64,000 nucleotides of DNA, taken from contig NZ_MWQY01000017.1 in NCBI RefSeq assembly GCF_002087085.1, positions 1-64,000 of the forward strand, read 5' to 3'. The notes beneath the pieces are model-generated. The model did not search any database and was not told where the DNA came from. It saw only the letters and a list, made by a program, of their open reading frames with translations. Position numbers and translations under genes: made by a program. Shown piece by piece: positions 9,373 through 19,203 of the stretch; within the stretch, counting starts at the first letter, position 1; the number at the start of each line of letters is the position of its first letter.

Positions 9373-10520
9373 TTTTCTTCGATTCGGCGAAGGGCCATTC
9401 CCTGGAGAGGAGACTGCAGCCGCGTAAACACGATTCTGCTTCCCTCCGGCAGCGTGGGAGCAAGGATGACAGTCTCGGACTGGGTGTAGAGTATCTCGAC
9501 AGGATATTTGACCAGGCGTCCCTCTTCGAAGGTATTGACCGTGCCGTCCGGGTTCAACAGGGCCCTGGGAAGAGCAAAGGCGGATTCGAAGCTTATACCC
9601 GGTATCTCGACTTCGGCGTAGTTGCCCGGAAAAAATCGCGGTTTAGAGTCCGGGTTTCGAAAGGCGATATGGACCTTCACCGTCTGCGACTCCTGCTGCA
9701 TGGTTTTGTCGACCCGTACCAGCCGGCCGGGAAGGGAAATGTCCCGCATTTCCCCGGGATAGACCAGTACCTCCTGCGTATCGGGATTTATCATTCCAAG
9801 TTCATCCCTACTGAGCGCTGCGGTCAATTCAAGATTGAGGGGGTCGGTCAGAGTGAACAGGGGTGCTCCCTGAGATATGTTGCTGTAAAGCGTGACCCCG
9901 TCGCCTTCCAGAACCCCGGGAAAAGGCGCCGTGATGCGATGGTATCCAAGCCGGATAGCAGCTTCCCTGACGCCGTAGTAGGCGGACAAGACCCCGAAAT
10001 TACTGGCCAGCAGCTTCTCCCGGTCGGATTCGACCTCTGGCAGGGGAGGGAGATCATCCGCTTCGGGGGATAGACGGGAAAAGAAATCCGACCAGCGGGA
10101 GTAGAGAGTTCCGTCTCCCTGGACTGCCGACAGCAGCGAGGCGGTCGATCGAATCAACTCCATCCGCGCCAGCGCCAGATTATTGGCAGCCTCTTCGTCG
10201 TCGATCAGGACCAGCTCCTGTCCGGCCTCCACCTCCAGACCGCTTTTCAGGCCTTCGAACGTATTGATGACCTTTCCGCCGGTCATGGCTGTCACGGTCA
10301 GCGATCTGGCCGAGCGGATGAAGCCTTCGCCTCTGATGATTACCGCCACCGGTTCATACACCAGCCTCCTGGTTTCAACCAGGCGGGCTTCCTCTTTTTC
10401 CGCGGAGGCATGGGGTTTGCCGGGATTGATAACAAGATAGACGGTCAGGGCAGCGCAAAGAAGCAGAACTGCCGCAGATGTCGTAACGGGGCGCTTATGC
10501 TTTTTTAAAAAACGTTTCAT
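9369..10520 (-). CDS. RND efflux periplasmic adaptor (membrane fusion protein)
   Basis: N-terminal anchor, GxV...G..V..GQ.L lipoyl-like half, ITAPFPG; overlaps the permease start; ATG 10520 has an AAGGAG RBS. Confidence 0.88.
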   Translation of the reverse strand: MKRFLKKHKRPVTTSAAVLLLCAALTVYLVINPGKPHASAEKEEARLVETRRLVYEPVAVIIRGEGFIRSARSLTVTAMTGGKVINTFEGLKSGLEVEAGQELVLIDDEEAANNLALARMELIRSTASLLSAVQGDGTLYSRWSDFFSRLSPEADDLPPLPEVESDREKLLASNFGVLSAYYGVREAAIRLGYHRITAPFPGVLEGDGVTLYSNISQGAPLFTLTDPLNLELTAALSRDELGMINPDTQEVLVYPGEMRDISLPGRLVRVDKTMQQESQTVKVHIAFRNPDSKPRFFPGNYAEVEIPGISFESAFALPRALLNPDGTVNTFEEGRLVKYPVEILYTQSETVILAPTLPEGSRIVFTRLQSPLQGMALRRIEEK

Positions 10521-10842
10521 AAATTCTCCTTTTTTGTTAAAAAAAGGCAAGGCTGTTTGTTGTAATGAAAGATCACAGCTGTAAAAAAAGGGTGCATCAA
10601 TTATCTGCTCTCCGGCTGAATCAATTACCCGCTGGGAGATCAGATATTCGAAAGCATAGCAGTATTTTAGGACTGATTCTACAGGTGTTTTCGAGATGTG
10701 AATTCCAGAGGATCCTTACAGCCCATGACTCCAACCGTTATTACAATAAGTACTAAACCTGCATTAACATGGTATCAATGCTTATTGCACCACTTAACGG
10801 GCAACAATCCGCGTAAAAAAAGGACGCAATTGCGGTATATTC

Positions 10843-11727
10843 TTATGGTAATCCCCAACCCAGATCTGTAACAGCTCCGACAAGCTCCATCTCCCAGACC
10901 GCGCGAATTGCTGGATCCTCCCAGGTGGCCAGATGGCTTCCTCCGGGAACGGGATACAGCTTTGCAGTATTTCCTGCCTGCTGCAGCTTCTTTACAAAAC
11001 CTTCGGTGTAGCTGAAGGGCAGGATATCGTCGTCAACACATTGAGTCATATACACAGGCGGCAAACCTGATCGAACATTATGATAGGGAGAGCAATTAAT
11101 CGGCTCCTCACGGCCCAGCAGCAATCGTTTAAAATAATCGTCATTGACATTGACCGCTCCGGCGACTGTAAAAACAGCATCGGGAATCGAGCTTATTCCC
11201 GGGTTTTCGGACTCCTCCATAAAATGCGGGAACATGGCGGTACTGAGAGCCAGGTGTCCGCCGGCGGAATCGCCCATGGCAATAATACGATGAGGATCGA
11301 TATTGAACTTTTTACAATATTCCCGGGTCCAGCGGACTGCCGAATTCGCATCCATCATCAAATCAAGAACGCTTATGCTGTGGTAATCAGCCAGCCGATA
11401 CTGAGCAGCAATTCCAATAAATCCCATATCGGCCATATATCGGGCATTATCCTGAGCCCATTCCATTTTCCCCTGTATCCAGCCGCCCCCACAAAAATTT
11501 ACTACCGCCGGGTAGGGTTCTTTGCGCCGAGGATCATACCCTTCCGGATAGAAGAAATGCATTTCCAGTTTGCCGTTCACTGTTTCCTTGTAGTAACATG
11601 CATAATCGGCTATATCAGCGACGGCATTTGAAACGGGTTCATTTATAAGGTGTGGACTTTTTCCCCCATTGGTACACGTTAAAAATATACCTGACATACA
11701 GAGTATGACTGTTAACAGTCTTTTCAT
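10843..11727 (-). CDS. Alpha/beta hydrolase (carboxylesterase-like), probable lipoprotein
   Basis: CGGGW oxyanion loop, GDSAGG nucleophile elbow, Asp/His near the C-terminus; lipobox-like IFLTC. Confidence 0.85.
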   Translation of the reverse strand: MKRLLTVILCMSGIFLTCTNGGKSPHLINEPVSNAVADIADYACYYKETVNGKLEMHFFYPEGYDPRRKEPYPAVVNFCGGGWIQGKMEWAQDNARYMADMGFIGIAAQYRLADYHSISVLDLMMDANSAVRWTREYCKKFNIDPHRIIAMGDSAGGHLALSTAMFPHFMEESENPGISSIPDAVFTVAGAVNVNDDYFKRLLLGREEPINCSPYHNVRSGLPPVYMTQCVDDDILPFSYTEGFVKKLQQAGNTAKLYPVPGGSHLATWEDPAIRAVWEMELVGAVTDLGWGLP

Positions 11728-11872
11728 TTTTTACCTCCTGATAATGCATCACCGGGTTTTTGGCTCTCCTGTGGGTGGACCTGATACGATTTGATATGCA
11801 CCACAGTTGTTTAAAAACGCGGGGATCTTGAACCAGGTACATGCCGGTTGTGCGCAGTGCCCGTCTCTTACA

Positions 11873-12625
11873 TTATATCTTCCTGCCGATAAAAACTGTC
11901 ATCGGGTATTCTCCTTCTCCAAGCAGGTATTTATCATAAATTCCATCCAGACTTCGTGGTTCCATGTTGAAGCCGGCATCCTTTAAAACCTTGTCCCAGG
12001 TCTTTTTTGGGAATAGTCCTGCCTTTGATTCTTCCATATACGTACTGAGCTTTCCTTTATGCCGGATCAGATACAGCAAGGTAATTTCATAGGTGTTGGG
12101 AACATACGGGTTTATGTAATTATTCTCAAACAGGGTTACATGTGTTTCGCCTTTTTCTCCGGTATAGACAAAGTTATTGTTGTGGAAGGTCTCCTCAGGT
12201 TTGCAGACTATCAGTAAAACACCGCCGGGATTCAGGTGCAGTGCCGCTGTCTGTACCGCCTGCTTCAAATCATCAAGGGTCAGCATATAATCAATACTGT
12301 CGGGTATGACAACACAGTCAAACAGGCGTTTCAAGCGGATAGTGCGCATATCCCCTTCAATATATTCGATCTCAGGGTTGGTAAGCTTCGCTTTATCCAA
12401 CATTCCGGTACTTATATCGACACCGCTAACCGTGTAATGCTTTTTAAAATACACGTCAAATCCGCCGGCTCCACAGCCAAGATGCAATACCGTGTTTACA
12501 GGTGTTACGGCTGTACTGTTTATAAATTCGATGTATCCGTTTACTTCATCTCTGTAATCCGCCGGATCAGCGAGAAAATCATCAGTCCAGGCAAGTTCAT
12601 TGTAGGATATCCAGTTCGAAGCCAT
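11873..12625 (-). CDS. Class I SAM-dependent methyltransferase
   Basis: VLHLGCGAG, GVDIS, GDMR motifs. Confidence 0.88.
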   Translation of the reverse strand: MASNWISYNELAWTDDFLADPADYRDEVNGYIEFINSTAVTPVNTVLHLGCGAGGFDVYFKKHYTVSGVDISTGMLDKAKLTNPEIEYIEGDMRTIRLKRLFDCVVIPDSIDYMLTLDDLKQAVQTAALHLNPGGVLLIVCKPEETFHNNNFVYTGEKGETHVTLFENNYINPYVPNTYEITLLYLIRHKGKLSTYMEESKAGLFPKKTWDKVLKDAGFNMEPRSLDGIYDKYLLGEGEYPMTVFIGRKI

Positions 12626-12780
12626 ATCGATACTTCTCCTTTACCTTCTATATTCTGCAGGGAGGCCAGCGTATATACCGTGTTGCGGGTCGCCGGGGTA
12701 TGTTACTGCGCTCCTGCGAAAAACTGTAATTCCACTCAGGTGTTGAGGATATTCTCTGTCAAGGAAACTGCCGGGCAACC

Positions 12781-13242
12781 TCAGAATCCGGAAATTTTCC
12801 CCGAAACTTCTTCGATGAGAATTTTGAGAACCAGGACATTTGAAACCGCAGTCTTCGGAATATCCCATTCGGAATTCCCCGTCTGCTGCCTCATTATTAT
12901 TTTTAATCCCTCAATTTTCTGCTTAACGTCAGTCACAAAATGTGCTGTTCCTGTACAAATAACCGAGCGATATTTTGTGCCATAGCCGCACGCTTTATCG
13001 GAGGTGACTGATTCTATTGAATCCGTTACCTCTATACAGACCTTTTTGTTCTTTTGTAAAAAATTGAGCTTCCTTCCTTCAGGGGCGGAATGTAAATAGA
13101 ATGCCCGATCCTTATATCCATAGTTCATTGGGATTACATAGGGTGTATCCCCATCTGAAAGAGCAACTCTGCAAACAGTATTATTCGATAGAATCTCATC
13201 TATCAGACTATTGTCAGTTATTTCCTTGTCTTTTCTTCTCAT
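12781..13242 (-). CDS. Pyridoxamine 5'-phosphate oxidase family / NimA-like flavin-binding protein
   Basis: MRRKDKEI...PYVIPMNY...YLHSAPEGRK...YRSVI. Confidence 0.88.
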   Translation of the reverse strand: MRRKDKEITDNSLIDEILSNNTVCRVALSDGDTPYVIPMNYGYKDRAFYLHSAPEGRKLNFLQKNKKVCIEVTDSIESVTSDKACGYGTKYRSVICTGTAHFVTDVKQKIEGLKIIMRQQTGNSEWDIPKTAVSNVLVLKILIEEVSGKISGF

Positions 13243-13325
13243 GTTTTTCTTCCAGGCATCTTAAAATCCACAACGCCCTGCGGGAGCACATATTCGCTGT
13301 TATTTGAAGTTGACTGATCGACATT

Positions 13326-13886
13326 TTATAAAATCAGCTCGAATAGTATCGATGCCAGTGTAAACAAAAGAATCGGCCAAATACTTATAAAGAGTGTTTG
13401 TTTCCAGTTGAATTCATTTTTTGCTTTAACGGATTTGATTGCTCTGATTAACGCCCAAAACCCACAGAAAAGTGCTATGAGAGTGGAAATGCATAAAATC
13501 AACACGCTGTCCGGATGGAAATGGAGAAATATCAGAAACGGTATGCAAGTCAATGAAAAGAGTGCTGGTTTATAAAAATTTTCTCCCACGATGATGACCG
13601 TCTCTTTCAAGCGAGTTGTCCCTTTCATAATCCGACTGGCGATCCAGAACCATAAGACACCGAATACGAGCAAACTGAATGCTCCTCCTATCATCGCGCC
13701 CAAGATGCCTGCGCCTAAAATGTAAGCAAGCGATTCTGGTTGATCGGCCAGTATACCATTGCCAACAGCCTCGACATAACTCACCAGAAAATAAGCTGCT
13801 GATGCCTTGGCAACTCTATTTGTCTGAATGCTGTTTTTAGAATAAGAATTGAGTGTATAATCAGGTGAGTCTGGTTCACTGATCAT
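13326..13886 (-). CDS. Membrane protein, Yip1-like
   Basis: Several TM helices with a W.IASRIMKG..(RL)KET pattern; start uncertain. Confidence 0.55.
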   Translation of the reverse strand: MISEPDSPDYTLNSYSKNSIQTNRVAKASAAYFLVSYVEAVGNGILADQPESLAYILGAGILGAMIGGAFSLLVFGVLWFWIASRIMKGTTRLKETVIIVGENFYKPALFSLTCIPFLIFLHFHPDSVLILCISTLIALFCGFWALIRAIKSVKAKNEFNWKQTLFISIWPILLFTLASILFELIL

Positions 13887-13945
13887 TAAATACCTCTAAA
13901 TACCACATAATTACCTTTTCCCCCAATGTGTATTCTTTAAAATAT

Positions 13946-14125
13946 TCATCCTGTACCCCTCTCCAGATACTCATCAATATCCCTCTGTTCAAGGTACCCC
14001 AGGGTAACAGCTATCTCCCCGAACTTGAGGCCGGGATTCTCACTCTGGTACTCCATGATCTTTTCGATGTGCTCGAGAGAGAGCATCTGTATTCCTGCAA
14101 AGTATTCACCGATCCGTTCTTTCAT
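13946..14125 (-). CDS. 59-aa standalone MshEN-like protein (not in the ORF track)
   Basis: MKERIGEYFAGIQMLSLEHIEKIMEYQSENPGLKFGEIAVTLGYLEQRDIDEYLERGTG*; AGGAAGGGG RBS; two 24-aa RLG-like repeats. Confidence 0.75.
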   Translation of the reverse strand: MKERIGEYFAGIQMLSLEHIEKIMEYQSENPGLKFGEIAVTLGYLEQRDIDEYLERGTG

Positions 14126-14295
14126 ACCCCTTCCTGATCTTTTTACTTCAGAGCTGCATGGAGTTCCTGGCTCGAGGATTATCAGCCTTTTATAAGCTTA
14201 TGGAATGAACAATCCCTATACATAGCATTCTGCGATAATTATATCATGGAAAACTGGATGATCTGCATATTTGTTATGATGTACCGGGGTTTGCT

Positions 14296-14643
14296 TTAGA
14301 TACGGGTTTTAGGGTCCATGGTCCAACAGCCCTGACATCGTTCAATGATCGGTTCAGCCATAATACGGGCTTCCTGAATGAGGATGTCATGCCTGGCGGC
14401 ATCGTAGAGAATGTATACGGGCGTTTTTTCTGTTTTCAGCGCTATGGACTGCAGTCTGAAGTTGGGATTGTCCTCGAAAAAGTCTGTCAGCTCCTGCATG
14501 ATTTCCGGGTAATTCTGATAGGCACAACAAAAAGCGGTTTTACCTTCCCCGTCAAGCTCACTGATTATCCTCGAAAGATCAAGGCTGCAGTGGCGATGGG
14601 ACGGAGATATAATCATCTTCGGCATTTCATTTTGAGTAAACAC
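14296..14643 (-). CDS. Hypothetical protein
   Basis: 115-aa ORF with TTGACA and a TATATT/TATTAT -10 immediately upstream. Confidence 0.55.
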   Translation of the reverse strand: MFTQNEMPKMIISPSHRHCSLDLSRIISELDGEGKTAFCCAYQNYPEIMQELTDFFEDNPNFRLQSIALKTEKTPVYILYDAARHDILIQEARIMAEPIIERCQGCWTMDPKTRI

Positions 14644-14774
14644 ATCTGATAATATACCTATAATCTGAAATTTGTCAATTAATATGATTAAATGGATCAG
14701 GAAATAGCCGTGTATCGGAAAAATATCGATCCTCCGGCTGGGAAAAACCTTGTAAGTGAATTAGAATTACAGGT

Positions 14775-15536
14775 ATGAACAGGATAACTGCACTCCTTGG
14801 CCTGGTGCTACTTGTAACGGCCTGCACAACATCGTCTCCTTACAATCGAGGGTCTCTGAGTGATGCCATGGAGAAGGCAAAGGATGATTATCCCGAGGAA
14901 CGGGAAGTTCCCAGCCAACGGGACAGAAGGCCCTGGTGGGAAGATGAAGAAGATGATCAGTCTGTTGCGGATGAAGCCGCCTATCTTGCATCCAACAGCA
15001 GCGGCCGGGTCTATCTTGGTGCCCGGGGAGGCAACTCCTGGAAAAGCTCTCCCTATTTTGACTCCCTCATGGATGCTGAACTTCTGCTCAGCTTCCGGGA
15101 TGCACATGCTGAAGCCGGTGTTTTCGGTGGATTCAAATCTGTCACCGCCAAAGAGGGAAGCTCCATCGAGGAATCCGTCGACGGCGGTGTAATTTTTCTG
15201 CGGGCCGGTATCGAGGGGCGGTACTATCCTTTCCCCGACCTGGAATTCTTTTCCCCCTATCTGCTGGGGCAGGCCGGCGGCATCTATATGTACTGGTCCT
15301 TTAAAAATCCCCTTAAAGCCGGAGCGGATACGATTACCTCGGACAGTGTGGGGGGAATGATGCTCGGAGTCGGCATCGGGGTCAATGTGATCGATACGGA
15401 TTTTCTTCGTATCGGGGCCGCATGCATTCCGGAAACCCATCTGTTCCACAGCGAAACCCAGGAGGGATTTCAGAACGACGTTTTCGACTACTACGGAACG
15501 GTTCGCTGGGCCCTGGAGGCGGGACTTTCCCTTTAG
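14775..15536 (+). CDS. Lipoprotein with probable outer-membrane beta-barrel-like C-terminal domain
   Basis: Lipobox LVTA-C; acidic linker; alternating Gly/aromatic strands ending ALEAGLSL. Confidence 0.6.
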   Translation: MNRITALLGLVLLVTACTTSSPYNRGSLSDAMEKAKDDYPEEREVPSQRDRRPWWEDEEDDQSVADEAAYLASNSSGRVYLGARGGNSWKSSPYFDSLMDAELLLSFRDAHAEAGVFGGFKSVTAKEGSSIEESVDGGVIFLRAGIEGRYYPFPDLEFFSPYLLGQAGGIYMYWSFKNPLKAGADTITSDSVGGMMLGVGIGVNVIDTDFLRIGAACIPETHLFHSETQEGFQNDVFDYYGTVRWALEAGLSL

Positions 15537-15551
15537 TCAACCTGAGTATAT

Positions 15552-17390
15552 TTACTCTGGAAAGCTCAAGACAAATTTGGATCCTGTGGAGTTTTCGATT
15601 TGTATTGTTCCGTTCAATTGTTCGGTAAGGTTTGTAACCATGGTAAGACCGAATCCCCGGGATGTCCGGATATCGAAAGACTCCGGCAGACCCGAACCGT
15701 TATCCTGAACAATCACTGTAATGCTGCCGTCCCTGCGGTGGACTTGTATGGAGAGCCTGGGAACGGCATGGCCGGAAAAGGCATATTTCATGGAATTGGT
15801 TACCAGCTCGTTTACAATCATACCCAGGGGAGATAACCTGCCGGCGTCCAGGGATATATCCTCAATATCGGTGATCAGTTCAACCCCGGCACCGTTTGGA
15901 AAAAGACTTATTACCGATCGTGCAAGCTGATCGAGGTATTCCTTGACCGACGCGCTTTTATGGGAATCCGTGCGGTAGAGCTGGTTATACAGCACCTCCA
16001 TGCTCTGGAATCGGCTTTTTGCATCCGTCAGGGCTTCCACTGCGGCAATTTCCTGTACCGTTTCAGCCTGAAGGGACAGTACACTGACCATGGTGTTCAT
16101 GGTATTCTTGATTCGGTGCTGTACCTCCTTAAGGAGGGTCTCTTTTTCCCGCGCCAGTCGCTCAATCCTTTCATCGTTTTTTTTCCGTTCGGTAACGTCC
16201 AGTATTATGCCGTGCCACAGAGTCCCCCCGTCCTTGGTACGTTCCGGATGAGCCTGGGACCAGCGCCAGCGTAGCCCCTGCCTGGGAAGGATCACCCGGA
16301 ATTCACAGAAGAACTCATTCAGGTTGCGGGCAGATTCCTGAATTGCACTGGAAACATAATCGTAATCATCCGGGTGGAGCCGGCCGAATACCGGTGAAGC
16401 GTCTTCCCGGACCTCCTCCGGAGAAACCTCGTAAATGCTGTTCATACCAGGGCTGGAGTAGGGAAACGCCGAACTCCCGTCCGGATTAAGGCGGTACTGG
16501 TAGATAACCCCGGGAACAAGACGGGCGAGATTGTCAATCATTTCGAGGGTTTCTTCCAGCTCGTCTTCCGCCGCCTTGCGCTCCGTAATATCCTGGGCAA
16601 TGGAACCGATGGACCGTAATTGTCCTTTTGAATCAAACAGGGGAAAAAGGGTTGTCATAAAATATGAATTACCATTTTCCGTCAGGATTAAGTCGTCCAC
16701 CTGAAGGGAGCAGAGTTCCTTTTCTACCTTTTCTATACGTTCCCGGAAAACATTGACGACCTCGGGGGCCAGCAGTTCATCAAAACTTTTACCCACCAGC
16801 TCTTCCGTTGTACTGTTGAACATTCTCGCGATAGCCGGGTTTACCATAAGGTACCGGCCTTCGGTGTCGAATTCGCTGATCATGAGGGGACTCAGATTGA
16901 TGATGGAGCGCAAGCGGCTTTCGGCATTCCGGAGTTCCTCCTCCGTATGTTCCTGGCGGGTGAGGGTCCTATTCAGGTGCTGTTTCTGCTGCTTGAGTTC
17001 GGTGTGTGCATCGAAGAGCCTGAAGGCCATCCTGATGGATGTCAAAAGGACTGTGTCGCCTGAATTCTTGACGATATATCCGTAGGAGGTAATCCCTTCG
17101 GTTTTTTCCACGGTCTCCGCTTCGGTGTGGGAAGAGAGAAAAACTATGGGAACATCCTTTTCAGATAGGATCATCTGGGCGGCTTCTGTTCCGTCGATAC
17201 CCCTCCCCAGGTCGATATCCATGAGGACCAGGTCGATCATGGAGTCTTCCAGGGCTGTATCCACGGCCTTTTCTCCGGTGTGTACGGTGATGACTTCGTA
17301 GCCGTTTTTTTCCAGGACCATCTTTTCGGCCATCGCAATGAGTGCTTCATCCTCTACCAGGAGAATTGTTTTTTTTCTGCTGAGCGTCAT
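15552..17390 (-). CDS. Hybrid response regulator/histidine kinase (REC-PAS-PAS-HisKA_2-HATPase)
   Basis: LLVEDE...LMDIDL receiver; two PAS domains; EVQHRIKN; NELVTNSMKYAF; QDNGSG. Confidence 0.92.
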   Translation of the reverse strand: MTLSRKKTILLVEDEALIAMAEKMVLEKNGYEVITVHTGEKAVDTALEDSMIDLVLMDIDLGRGIDGTEAAQMILSEKDVPIVFLSSHTEAETVEKTEGITSYGYIVKNSGDTVLLTSIRMAFRLFDAHTELKQQKQHLNRTLTRQEHTEEELRNAESRLRSIINLSPLMISEFDTEGRYLMVNPAIARMFNSTTEELVGKSFDELLAPEVVNVFRERIEKVEKELCSLQVDDLILTENGNSYFMTTLFPLFDSKGQLRSIGSIAQDITERKAAEDELEETLEMIDNLARLVPGVIYQYRLNPDGSSAFPYSSPGMNSIYEVSPEEVREDASPVFGRLHPDDYDYVSSAIQESARNLNEFFCEFRVILPRQGLRWRWSQAHPERTKDGGTLWHGIILDVTERKKNDERIERLAREKETLLKEVQHRIKNTMNTMVSVLSLQAETVQEIAAVEALTDAKSRFQSMEVLYNQLYRTDSHKSASVKEYLDQLARSVISLFPNGAGVELITDIEDISLDAGRLSPLGMIVNELVTNSMKYAFSGHAVPRLSIQVHRRDGSITVIVQDNGSGLPESFDIRTSRGFGLTMVTNLTEQLNGTIQIENSTGSKFVLSFPE

Positions 17391-17582
17391 TAAACCTTCC
17401 CGATCATGATTAGCTCAGAGTTCTGTCGAAGCAAAAATCTGACGCTGATAAAATTATAGGAGAATCAATATATGCGCGCAAATTAATTTACTGGATACAG
17501 TCTGCCGCTTTTATAGTTTATTCTGCGTTTCATCCGATAAAGCGGGAGTTCAATAAAAGGTTCTGTGACAGGATAAAGGAAA

Positions 17583-17611
17583 TTGCTATCCTTTTGTCGT
17601 TGTTCTATACT
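17583..17611 (+). promoter_or_regulatory. sigma70-type promoter, probably leaderless
   Basis: TTGCTA-N17-TATACT, then 6 nt to ATG 17618. Confidence 0.55.
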
Positions 17612-17617
17612 TCAGGT

Positions 17618-19117
17618 ATGCCTGCACACGTTCTCCTTACATGGCTTGGACAGCATGATCTTGATGCGGCCTTTGAAAAAAAAGAGGCGGGGCTCGGACC
17701 GATTGCTTCAGCCCTGGAGTCCGGTCTCTACAACAGGCTGGTGGTTCTATCCAACTACGATGCAGAAAAGTCCCGCCTGTACTGTTCCTGGATAGAGGTC
17801 ATGTATCCCAGGGTTGTTACCATTCTCTATCCTGTGGTCCTGACCAGCCCCACCGATTATGAAGAGATCTATATTGCCTGCGAAGGGGTTCTGCAGCAGG
17901 AAGAATCTGATGATACAGAACTGACCTTTCACCTGAGCCCCGGCACGCCGGCCATGGCTTCGGTCTGGATTCTTCTGGCCAGCGGCAGATCCCGCGCCAG
18001 GCTGATCGAGACCCACAGGGAAGAGGGGCTCAAAGAGGTCAGACTGCCCTTTGATATTTTTGCCCGGTACCGTCCGGAAAAAACCCTCGCCAGCCACATC
18101 TCCGCCATCGATGACGCTCTGCTTCCCGGAAGCCCCGCCTTTGACGGAATTATTCATGAATCTGCCGAAATGAGACGGGCGGTGGCAAAGGCCAAGAGGG
18201 CCGCGGTGTTTGAGGTGCCGGTGCTTCTTTTAGGTGAGTCAGGGACGGGAAAAGAGCTTTTTGCCAGGGCTGTTCACCATGCTTCGACCCGATCTTCCGG
18301 CCCCTTTATCGCGGTAAACTGCGGTGCAATCCCGGAGTCCCTGGCGGAATCTGTCTTCTTTGGTCATGCCAAAGGGGCCTTTACCGGAGCTGTGGAAATG
18401 CGTCCGGGATACCTGGAGATGGCAGACGGGGGAACCCTGTTCCTCGATGAGATCGGAGAACTCTCCCGGGACCTGCAGGTTAAACTTTTGCGGGTACTGA
18501 ACGACAGAAAGCTGCGGCGCCTGGGAGAGGACCAGGTCAGGGAACTCGATTTCCGACTGATCAGCGCAACTAATCGTAACCTTGCTCTCGATGCCGCCAG
18601 GGGCCGGTTTCGTCCCGATCTCTTTCATCGTATCGCTGTCGGGGTAATAAAGCTTCCCCCCCTGCGGGAACGCGGGCAGGATCTGCCGCTCCTTACGCGG
18701 CATATCTGCGCCAGGCTGAACCGGGAATTTTCATCCACCCCCGGATGGCAGGAAAAATCCTTAAATCCGGGAGCCATGAGGGCAATCGGCCGGCACCACT
18801 GGCCGGGAAATATCCGGGAGCTCATAAACACCCTGACCAGAGCTTTTGTCTTTTCCGGCGGGACAGAGGTCGACGAGACCGCGATCAGGGATTCCCTTAT
18901 CGATTTTGATACCTCCTCGGATGGTCTGCTGGACCTGCCTCTGGGAGAGGACTTTTCCATTGAGGAGATTATTTCCCGGACTGCTGTGCATTATCTGGAA
19001 CGGGCCATGAAACAGGCCGGTGGAAACAAAACCCGGGCGGCGAAGCTCCTGGGGCTTAACAGCTACCAGACCCTGAGCAACTGGCTGGAACGCTACGGGG
19101 TGGAAGAAGATTTCTGA
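17618..19117 (+). CDS. Sigma54-dependent activator with RtcR/CARF-like N-terminal domain
   Basis: [14 protein letters not shown]-like motif; [30 protein letters not shown]; Fis-type HTH. Confidence 0.85.
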   Translation: MPAHVLLTWLGQHDLDAAFEKKEAGLGPIASALESGLYNRLVVLSNYDAEKSRLYCSWIEVMYPRVVTILYPVVLTSPTDYEEIYIACEGVLQQEESDDTELTFHLSPGTPAMASVWILLASGRSRARLIETHREEGLKEVRLPFDIFARYRPEKTLASHISAIDDALLPGSPAFDGIIHESAEMRRAVAKAKRAAVFEVPVLLLGESGTGKELFARAVHHASTRSSGPFIAVNCGAIPESLAESVFFGHAKGAFTGAVEMRPGYLEMADGGTLFLDEIGELSRDLQVKLLRVLNDRKLRRLGEDQVRELDFRLISATNRNLALDAARGRFRPDLFHRIAVGVIKLPPLRERGQDLPLLTRHICARLNREFSSTPGWQEKSLNPGAMRAIGRHHWPGNIRELINTLTRAFVFSGGTEVDETAIRDSLIDFDTSSDGLLDLPLGEDFSIEEIISRTAVHYLERAMKQAGGNKTRAAKLLGLNSYQTLSNWLERYGVEEDF

Positions 19118-19203
19118 ATACGGACGGGAGACCGGGAAGGTATTGTCTGTAGCGAAAAACGGTGTTCCGGGCATATCCCCGGGTACGTGCAGGAGGGGTA
19201 AGT

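Noticed and set aside
7570..9489. Plus-strand ORFs of 290 aa and 337 aa
   Set aside because: Antisense to the RND permease; shadow frames.
12641..12868. 75-aa minus-strand ORF and possible attC between the MTase and flavin-binding genes
   Set aside because: It overlaps the real gene in another frame, has no motifs, and no convincing R''/R' hairpin was found.
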